Of a stretch of 64,000 nucleotides of DNA, positions 25,501 to 64,000 are shown one piece after another; the stretch's first letter is position 1; every line of letters begins with the position of its first letter. The DNA lies in the NCBI RefSeq assembly GCF_964355755.1, contig NC_092673.1, positions 31,369,648-31,433,647 on the forward strand, written 5' to 3'. This stretch comes from Antedon mediterranea. Lineage: Eukaryota; Animalia; Echinodermata. Position numbers and translations under genes: made by a program. The notes under the pieces were generated by a model. That model had not been told where the DNA came from, made no database searches, and worked only from the letters and a program-made list of their open reading frames with translations.

Positions 25501-26756
25501 TCCCTAATCTCCGTACTAATATTATGAATTGTTTGTCCTACTTGTGTTAAACAGAAGCTTATCTTTCTACAAATTTAACAACTGATTTCAATGTTTGTCG
25601 TTCGGGACGAGTATCTATCAGCCTTCAGATAACAGCTGTTTCTTCTTAGCATACGTATTACAGATGTTGATTATGAATATGTATAGTATAGTATAGACAT
25701 TTTTTTACTATGAATTTTAAAATTCAACGGACATGATAAACAATGTTTACAATATTGACAAGAGGGATTCAGTGGTGAGTACACTGATTTTAAATCAGCT
25801 TGAGATATACACAACAAATAAAAAACGTTCCAGCGAAAACTTGTGTTATCAATGTTTATATGCCCACTTACTACACGGAATGGAGGGAAATAAAATCTGC
25901 GGCAAATTCGAGCAGTTAGCAATTTCAGAATTTTAAATGTAGGCCTATATAAATTAGTTAAATGAATAATTTATTATTTGAAAAACTCATTAAAGTTGGT
26001 AGTAAGCCTATCACTATTACAAGTGTGTACTTCTTTTTGTTTGACGGCAATTTGTTTCAGTATCGCGTACTTGAAATTGAAAATCCCTTTAATTGTCCAG
26101 AAAACAATAAGCTATTCTTTTCAGGTGGGGGTTTAGTGAATCATTCTTCGACTTACAATATCGATCTTTTATTGTGTGACTGTGGCTCCTTTTGATACCT
26201 CATTGTCATCTCTCTAGCAACTAGTTTCCAGAAGCCTAACTGAAAACAATCGATGAGTAAAACTTAGATGATAGGCCCTATTCTGGACCCGCCATACAGA
26301 CTAGAAAGGATGATTCATTTGCAGGCCTACGTTACAATTGAAGAATGGATGTAGCCTATAGAAAGAATCTAGCATTTGAGGAATATTAATAGAGATAGGT
26401 AAAACGCATATTGAAAGGTAACATTTTCATTATTAATTTGGACACGTCGAAGCAATCGAACAACATTTGGTAATTTGGGTTTTGTGTATAGTTCAGTAGC
26501 CATGCCCATACCATCGTAATGTCCTACCAGGGTCATCACTCTTCCCTAGTCCTACGAAGACTTTGTGATAAGATGATAATGAGCCCTACGCAGTTACATT
26601 AGTGGAGCATAACAAAATCAGTTTCAATTTCAACGTTAGCCAATATAATATATTAATAAAATCAACCTCCTAATTACTTACACGACTATAACATATTTTT
26701 TGCAGAAGATAGATAAAATTAGTAGGTAGCCTTAAATTATTGTCAAAGGTGGTACC

Positions 26757-29700
26757 ATGGGGTCATCCGCATCAAAAAAGAAAAGCCGCTCGATGGTCAA
26801 GATTAGGTAAGTACATTTTTAGCCTTTTTTTTTCAATTATTTATCGAATATCACTCGAATAACTAACTTGGTAAATAATGTGAATTGGCTTATTGGTCAG
26901 TCGATAGCCCTTATGGGTTTCAATTAAACATGTTTTGGTTAGCTATAATATCTCCATGGTATGCCTACGGTTGAAGAAGCGGCTTGAAGTTGAATAACTG
27001 TGCACTTGTGTTGCCTTGGAAAAACATCACGAAGTATTATTTATATAAGCCTAAGATTTAAACAATTTAAATTTTAAGAAATGCTTAATCTTAATCAATT
27101 AAGCCTGCTCTATTAATATCAAAGTTTGAAATATTTTAATATCCTGCTTTTTTTTACATCATAAACAGTGCTGTCATTGCATTTGAAGAAGCAGGAGAGA
27201 GACATAACAAAAATAATGAAAAGCCCAAAGATGACGTCAAAAACAACCAAGGTATGACATCATTGATCATATATAATACACTATTATGTAATCAGTAAGA
27301 CCAGGGAAGAGTGTAATTTAACTCTTCCCTGGTAAGACAAAGTGGTTTATGCCTACTAGCCGTTAAGGTCACGTGTTTCAGATAAGGCATAATATGTAGT
27401 ATTGACAAAGTAATAACATTAATTTTTTATTCTATATATCATTTTAAATTAACGTGTTTATTTTAAAGAAAACGTAAGTCAGCCTGCAACATGTATGAAC
27501 ACAGTAGACGCTAATAAACAACCCCATGACAATAATGGAACAGTCCCACCCGCAAGGAAACCATCGGAAAAAGATGCGGCTGTTATGATACAGAGGTGAG
27601 ACTGAGGTGTATAAAGGTCTAAACAAATCTCGACGTGTTGTAAAATGTATTTCAGTAATATCATTTTTTTTTTTTGGTTTACGCATCTCTATAAACTATT
27701 ATATCTAACCTAATGATGTTTTACTGAAGTGCTGTGCCGCGCCGCGTCGAGTACCAGATACATTTTGTTCTTAGAATACTCTGATATGTTAAATGTTATA
27801 TTGAATGAACTACGTTATACTGTAACTAGAACACATTGTTCCATAACAGGAACCGAATATTATGTCAAATAACATAATCTTTGTGATTCTTTGTTTTGAT
27901 AAACAAATCGACTGAAGTAGTAAAATTAATATTTTATAACCATATTTATTAAAGAATAAATTATAATGTAATGGTCGGAGCTAAGTAACTTTAGCTTAAT
28001 ACAAATAATGTAAAATAGAGCCTGAAGCAGTTTGCATACAAGGACGCCCACTAAGGCAGAAAACTATCGAATTTAATCTAATTATCGTTTTGAATTAGTC
28101 TACCGACAGATATAACAAACACGAACAAATACTGCACCCTTCAACGTGAAAGCAATCATAATCGAATTGCTTATTTATGGTTACACAAATACAAAAAACG
28201 TAATAACAATATTACACACGAGATACAAATTATGTGGAGTGTCTAATCAATATTATATCGGTAACCGATACAACGTTGCTAAGTAACTTTTAAAAAAAGA
28301 CTCTTTGGTGAAATGTAACAAGGTATAAGGCTAGTTGTGGAGTAAACTCGTAAGCGCCTAACCACGATACGTGCTCGTCATGAGTAGTTCGAATATTAAA
28401 ATGTCTTCATTTCTACAAACACGAACTAATTCCTCCGTATCGTCAGTTCGTAATAGAGTGGCGATACCGGTTGGTATTCAACGATCGGCAACTGAAGGAA
28501 CTTTACACCGATCTACGATGGTTCCGAAGAATTCCGTTCAACGGCCGTCAGCCGTCGTAGAACGGCAATCGGCGATGTGTAGGCCTACGGGTATGGTTCG
28601 AACTCGCACTGACTTTGAGTTTTATCTTAACAGAGTTTATCGAGGTCATCAGGAAAGAAGGCAGATGAAGAAAGAAAATGAAATGGCGGTTGTTATACAA
28701 AGGTAACATTACTTTTATATTTACAAAACAAACTCATACGAATTACTATAAAGCAACCTTTATGTTGAATAATTGTGTTGTAAAGTCAAGCCACTGGCTG
28801 GTTTACAACACAGGATTGAACAGATACCAACAATCTATCTAGTTTGAAAATTGAAGAGTAGTTTCAATTAATCCTAATACAATTCTCCGCACGAAAAATG
28901 TATAGAAATTCATAATTCATTATGAACGTTATTCCTTACAAACAGAAGCCTAGTACCTTGTGTCTAGGCAACCTCACTAACTAAGTGGTATTTGTTAATA
29001 TTCATATACACCTCAGTAACGTTTCTTATACAGTAGACCCTATTATTAGAAATGGCCAATGCTAAGGTTTATCTTTATTAAAACAAAAACACAATGGTTT
29101 ATTATAGACTATATATAAGCATATATGAATGCATATATTTAAAAAAAATGAATAAAATTATATAAATTTATTCGCATTTAAACTAATATAAAACATCCAA
29201 CAGTCGAGTATTGTTGTATTAGGCCTAGATGACACCAAGTCTGGTAAAAAGCATATTAAAAGATAAAAATGAGTGATGCAGAATTTGGTCTAACTCAAGA
29301 CGACGAGTAAGTGGTTTAATTGTTATGATGCCCGGTGCCACCCGGTCAGTCTATAGGGAAACGAGGGGTGGGTTAAGAGAAAAACTGAAATTGTAGGCAT
29401 ACGTTCCAAAAGGAGGTCTAATATCATACATGGAGTTACGACGGAAGGACTAGAACAGTGATATGCTGTCTCATTCTCTATCTGGGAAAATCACTATTTT
29501 AGAACTTGTTTATTTTGTATAAATTGTATTCAATACAATTTATTTCAGTGAAATTCTGTTTTATTGTAGGCGGTATCGACGCCATATTTCAACGTCAGAA
29601 AAACCAGCAGAAAAAACTGAAGAAGATAAAAAGAAAGGTAAAGATACAATATTGTATTCAGTGTTGCCACTATCGTATTAAAACCATATCATTAAAAGTA

Positions 29701-32239
29701 TTTCATATTTTACCATGTATAACAAAAAGAAGAATAGATGTTTATTTTTCCTGTTATAGCTTTAGAAGAAAGACGCGGGAAAAGGAAGGACCGAGATCGG
29801 GCATGGAAGGATAAGAAGAAAGTAGAAGTAAAGAAGGTAGCCGAAGTTCAAATCAGTAAGTACAAGATATGAGTTTACTCAAAATGATAATGCATAAGTA
29901 GGAGTTTCTAAAAGGAGATTGACAAGCTGGCCATTCGACTTTATACGAGGCTGCATTCTTGGCAATAAACAATTGTATATGTAAGAAATTTGAATAGAAG
30001 AGTATAATCTAACAGTATAAAACGCTCGAGTAAATTTACAACTAATTCTCACTGATTATAAAAAAAAAAAAACTAAAAACCCCAGCGTCGTACAACCATG
30101 CCTGGTACAAGTGGTCTCGTCGGGAGAAAATTAATGTTTAAAGTTCTTCTGACGACCTAAAAACTACGCATGACACTATCTCGTCTCGTCAGGTTTCAAC
30201 TCAGACAGCTCCGACGACAGCACGTATAATGTTGTCTTAGTTGGCCTAAAGTATACTGAAGCTTAATATAAGTTTTTACCCATTTTAGGTGATCAGGTAC
30301 AACACGAGTTGCATTGTTTTCAAGATGAAATAGTTGAGTTAAAATGGAACGCAGATCAACAACTAGAAAAGAACTTTATGTTAGACACAGAACCTGCTAG
30401 AATAGTTGTAAGTAATTGTCATGTTTACTTTATTTGTTTATATTTTGCCAAAGTATTCAGGTTTTATGTTATTTAGTCAAATTATGAAGAATTAATCAAC
30501 ATGTTTTTTCGTATTTTTCTATTTTTAGTTTATATCTTCCAAGATTGGAAAACCGGAACTATTGGCCGATGCCGTGCTTGATAAACCAAATGTTATAACA
30601 ATTGCATATGTTAGTACCAATCATTATTATGTTCTTTGGTAACTTCTGGCGAATAAGTGGAAAGATATTTTTGACATAAATTGTATATTTCATACATCTT
30701 TGTAATTCTTTAGATGTTAAAAAAAAACAGTTTATTGTCTCAAAACGACAATAAACAAATTTCGATGTTAATGGATTTGCAATCTATGACTTTGGTTACA
30801 GTGATATCCTATTTTAAAATGTTTATTTACAGGATTTTGAGAAAGATACATTTGAAGATCTAATTGGTAAATATGTCTTTATCTTTAATAATATATTAAT
30901 TGTTTATTTACCTACGATGTTACCAATATATAAATGTAGTCCTAATTGTTTTCAACAAATGTTTCGTCAAATGACGCCAATCAATGTTGCACGATCAAAG
31001 TAATTAGTAACAATCATCTAGGAATAAAAATGCATGCCCTTTTATTATTTTCTTTTTACTTATACATTACAGATAGGATGAGGTCAAAGTTGAACGAATA
31101 CAAGAAGGGATGTAGGGCTCAGTCGGTATGTCTCTACTGTCAAGGTGGACCAGGGTTCTTATATGTAGTTAAAAGAAAGGTTCTAACTGCTGTAAAGCTG
31201 AAGAAACCAAGCGAAAAGGATCAACGACAGTGAGTATTTGTGACGTCACAGTAATACGCGCGCGTTAAAATGTTGATAATAATTGTACAGATGATGTACG
31301 CGTGCGTCAAGTTAATGTCTATTCATGGTATCGTTGACAAGTTGATGATGACATGTTTCACAAGTTTTGGAGCCCAATCAACGTTGAATTTACTTTAAAG
31401 TTAGCCAACCGAAAATCAATCGTCCTTGCTGAATTTCAGTAATTTCTGTTACATAATACGAAAACTTTAAAATTATATTTATCATAATTTGAGGGAAGAC
31501 TAGAAATCTCTTCATTTGTAAGAACCCATTCTAGATTTCCGAATTTCACCAATACGATTTTTTCACATGATTATATTTCAAAGGTTTTGGACGTCGGTGG
31601 GTGATATGATGTCAAAGGTCAATCCTGATAATACAATAGTACACGTAATGGGATCTAATATACTGGGAAGTGAAAATGGACAGCAGGTAAGTTATAAAAA
31701 AATACTGCCTCACACAGTAACCATTATAAATTACTCAGATTAAATTATCAACTTAGTTATGTAAAAAAAAAGAACCAACAATATGATGTACCATTCATAT
31801 TAAAGAAATCTTATTAATTAATCTTTAATTATTATCTACATTTTCTTTTAGTTATTTGATGACATCAGTACCCTGATGAAACCGAATAAAGTAACCTTCA
31901 AATCTCCTCTAGAACTTTCAGAAGAAGGTAATTTAAATTAATTGTTAAATGATAAAGAATCTACAAAAAAATACAGTTAGGCATGCGCCCTAACGCTGCT
32001 AAAACTATCAGGATTTTGTGGTTATTCGAGGAGCCATTGCCGACAAAATTGAATTTTATTTCCTCTATTCTATATGCCTAAAACTAACTTTATCAAACAA
32101 TTTTTATTTATCACATTTTACAGCAAAGGCAATGATCGACATCTACTTCAATCATGAAAAATACAAAGACTGGAAATTACAGAGATATACGAAAGTCGAT
32201 AACTCATTAATTAACACATTCAAAGAAAACACCGACTGA
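26757..32239 (+). CDS. NSMF: NSMF (Jacob/NELF) homologue, 13 exons, 392 aa
   Basis: Exons 26757-26806, 27169-27251, 27469-27595, 28634-28702, 29570-29637, 29760-29855, 30289-30407, 30529-30609, 30833-30866, 31073-31229, 31584-31686, 31852-31927, 32124-32239 (1179 nt). N-terminal MGSSASKKK myristoylation motif; IQRVYRGHQER and IQRRYRRH; C-terminal ISSK, TFED, CQGGPG.LY..K.KV, MSKVNP and SPLELS match vertebrate NSMF as recalled. Confidence 0.85.
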
Positions 32240-32720
32240 TAAAAATGATGACGTACGCCGGCAACCAGAGAAGAGAATATAGTACTTAATCTTAGTGCAA
32301 TTTAAGAAGTATAAGATAAAGCCTATAATAAAATTTAAATACGTAGGCCTATATTTAAAAAAATGTAACAATACTGTACAATATTTCAACAAGGTGTGAA
32401 ATCTACGAAACAAAATTTGCATATCAAACAAGGATTAAAATGCTTTCATTGTGGAGGTACCTCAATGGTAAACTTACCACACAGTACCTTATTGATGGAA
32501 TAATTAGTTAATAAAATATGCACAATATCTTAATATAGCGTTTGATAATTACAGAAAATAAATTATTAATAAGCCACCGGTGATCATAATGCAGTATAAA
32601 AATAAATATTATACATATGTTTAGGATTATATTATTAGAAGATTATAACTATGCAATAAGGAGTGTCTTCGGTGTTAACATTATTAAATACAACGTACTA
32701 ATCTAAACTCGTCACTCTTA

Positions 32721-32899
32721 AGCGTGGTTCCCACTAGCGACGCAACACAAGGACGCAACGCAACGCAAGTGAATTGACCAATCACAAGTGATGGCTTATT
32801 CGCTTGTGATTGCTAACTGTCTATAACTTGGCTTGTCATTGGTTAAAACGCTTGCGTTGCGTTTACGTCCTTGCGTTACGTTCTAGTGGGAACCAAGCT
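32721..32899. mobile_element. Harbinger-like MITE
   Basis: TIR AGCGTGGTTCCCACTAG / CTAGTGGGAACCAAGCT with TTA on both flanks; related decayed copy at about 9130-9262. Confidence 0.8.
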
Positions 32900-33559
32900 T
32901 TAATAGGGTTCACCTCAAATACTATTGTAGCTGGTGTCAATGAATCTCACTGGACATATTTCCATGTGAACCTTGTATTAATAATTTGTTATCTGGGCGA
33001 TTGTATAAATCTATGCATTTTCTATCATTTTTGTAATGTGTTCAGTTGATATTAGGTAATAGTATTAGTAATCTAGTAATATTATTTAAGGGGTTTCAAC
33101 AGATCGACCTCTACTACAATAACAGTTAAATTTAAATGACGGCGATGCTTAGAGGCCTATATATCACAAGAAACAGAAATATATAATTTACAATTGTTTA
33201 TTCGCCTAGTTACTATGTTTAAAATTACTTAGGTTTTCCATCATGGCCAGACAAATACATAATATACTAATTGATACGTTTCCCATTAATTATTTTTATT
33301 ATGTTATTTTACATACAAAAACGCAGTCTATTCAGACGTTCGTCCTAAATATATGTATATTGCATGCTTCGTCCAATGGCAATAAGAAAATAGTAATATA
33401 AATGATAAATGGCCTGATGTATTTAGATTCTACAATAGGCAGTAATTGCTAAGAGTGAATGGTACTAATTCGTGACTATTAACTAATAATAGATTTCATT
33501 TGATTAAATGTATATAACTTACGAAAGCTGTTAGCCATGCGTCCAGATGCAATGATATA

Positions 33560-33935
33560 ATCCAAGATTTTCTAGCTGAAAATCTCTTTCAAATTCAGAG
33601 ACATTTCTTGCTGGAACTCTCATTGTAAAGACATTAGCGGTAAATCTCATAAAAACTTCAAGACATTTCTTTCTAGCTGAAACTCTCGGGTTTTTTTCAA
33701 TTTTAGCTGTAAGCATATGTCTCATAATAACTCCAAGATATTCTTGTTGAAAATCCCATTCAAATAAGTTATTTCTTGCTGAAACTCCAAGACATTTTAG
33801 CTGTTTGTCTCACAATAACTCCAAGATTATCTTGCTAAAAAGCTCGTTCAAACAAAAAATTTCTTGATTAAATTCTTAACGTAACTCATGGATATTTTAG
33901 CTTGAAATCTCTTTGAATATTCAGATGTTTTGGCA
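33560..33935. repeat. Degenerate tandem repeat
   Basis: Recurring AACTCCAAGA(C/T)ATTT(C/T)T(A/T)GCTGAAA motif. Confidence 0.6.
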
Positions 33936-35044
33936 CAAACTGTCATAGTAGCTCCGTCCATAGTTTAACACAACACATGCTCGGAAAAAAAAAAAAAAAC
34001 GAAAACGTCGGTATTCACCAGACACATGAGCCCGATGATTTGCATAACATTTGCTATTACTTTTTTCTAACTTTTTTTTATTGTTACACTTTACGCACCT
34101 TAAGTAGACGTATCATTCTAAAATGATGTCAACAAAGTGGGCTCTATGATTGTTTTTTCTAAAGTTGTGGTTTCATCTAATACCGATAGGTACTTTTTCT
34201 TTTTTATTGAATCGATCTGAATAAAAACACTATAAAAATAAAGTGACATTTAAATTAAAAACAGCGCATTATTGGTCACGTTTGTTACGTCACACGTTTT
34301 AATACAGTTTTTACACACTTTATTAAACATCATAGGCCATATTTTATCATGTGTCATTTATCATATTCTTTTTTTCTTAGCGCACAAAACACCATCGAAA
34401 GCACCGTGAACTTACGATGTAAACTAAAACATTCTAAATATAGCGTTATTTCCGAATCAGTGCTATCACAGCGCCAATTGTGCTATACGCATGCACAGAC
34501 TTCTTCAGTCGTGACGTAGACCTACAATTAAAAAAAACCTGGTATAAAATAAAAGACGACGCATTTTTTAGTGCACATTAATTTATTAACTTTACCCCGA
34601 TCAAATAACAAGCGTAAAGCTACACAATGATTTATGTAATATCATATCTACCTAAATATCATAATTATGATGACATAGCAAATTTCTAAGGACTACATTA
34701 AAAGATTAACAATGTATACTGTACTATATATTGTTAATGGAACTGTGTTGGCGTGGGCTGAATGAGTAAATCATTATTACCATTGTTAATATTATTCTAT
34801 ACTATTTGTTATGCAAATATATAATACTGTATTCTATTACAGTTTGTAATAAATTTTTCCGGAAATTCAGGTATCATTTTGATTTAGCATTTTACTTATT
34901 TGATTTGAGATATTTGTACTTTTTGTTGTAAGCTGATGTAATCCACCTCATTTGTTATTTGCCCCATAAGGGATGAAAATAGCTATATACTGATACACAT
35001 TCATTAGTTTAGTTATAATGGGAAGGTTTAGGCGAGTGCCTTTT

Positions 35045-35220
35045 AACCCCATATCAACTACATTGTGTCGATGCGATTCTTGAAGGTGTTAGTGGTCTCA
35101 GAATTAACGTCAGCTGGTAAACTGTTCCAATGGTTTATTACTCGTTGCGAGAAGGTAATGTCTTCTACAGTTCAATCCTTTATGGAAAATAGGCTTGAAA
35201 AATCTCAGGTGATGTCATTG
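35045..35220 (-). mobile_element. CR1-type LINE 3' fragment
   Basis: The minus strand encodes FSQRVINHWNSLPADV..ETTNTFKNRID, a typical CR1 ORF2 C-terminus. Confidence 0.75.
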
Positions 35221-35895
35221 CATTTGGATTGATATATTTTACTGTTATTAGGCATGATTGAAAGATTGAATCTAAATATTACATTCAACAATTTTCAACA
35301 ATCCATAATTATTATTTTTACAGATATTTATTTAAGACAACAAATATTATATTTCAATCAATTAGAAACATTTACCACAGATAATAACTTCATTTTTTAA
35401 AAGTATTTTGAATATTTGCGAGACTGTTACCAACCAAGAGCAATAACAATTACCCTAATAACCAATAAGAGCATAGTGTCACACGACAATCACAATTTAA
35501 AGGCGCAATTACAACAAATAATTTTAACTGTTAAATTTCACACAACAATGATTATAACACTTTTAATATATAATGTATTTCATTTTATGAGATTTAAATT
35601 CATTAAAATGAAATTTATTTGATTTGAGATTTATTCGACTGATTGTTTTTTCCAAGGTATCATATCTGAAACTACAATAATGTAAAATATGATTTAACAT
35701 TTATTAACAACAAATTGTTTTAAATATAATAATTTTATCTGTGATGAAAAAACAAATGTGTGAAACCTCTCGTAAACACGCTAAATTCAATCAAAGTAAA
35801 CGTAAAAAGAAACTAATCATAATATTATGTTAAGTTTATTAAATTGATGTCAAAGTGCAATGAACTCTTGAAATGACTCGGGGTTGAAAGCGTGG

Positions 35896-64000
<28,105 letters not shown>

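Overview
AT-rich, intron-rich animal genomic DNA, probably a marine invertebrate deuterostome (inference). Four genes can be assembled by hand. Two tandem 11-exon medium-chain acyl-CoA dehydrogenase (ACADM) paralogues lie on + (9871-17631, diverged; 18695-23561, canonical). A 13-exon NSMF/Jacob/NELF homologue lies on + (26757-32239). The 3' ~44 exons of alpha-spectrin lie on - (35896 to beyond 64000). Two isolated phase-1 ATG exons on - (8373-8445 and 25431-25500) resemble alternative first exons of an SLC44 (CTL2/4/5-type) gene whose body lies left of the window; if so, both ACADM genes are nested in its first intron. Introns hold many MITEs (Harbinger-, pogo-, Kolobok- and Ginger-like), 20-30 bp TIR-only micro-elements with TSDs, SINEs, CR1-type LINE ends and a Gypsy remnant. 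The most notable unannotated signals are an intact type I hammerhead ribozyme in a 132-bp TSD-flanked insertion just downstream of the second ACADM, hammerhead-like units found twice beside a tRNA-derived repeat, and several frame-preserving candidate cassette exons and microexons in spectrin introns. All calls come from reading the sequence and from recalled family knowledge; no database search was run.
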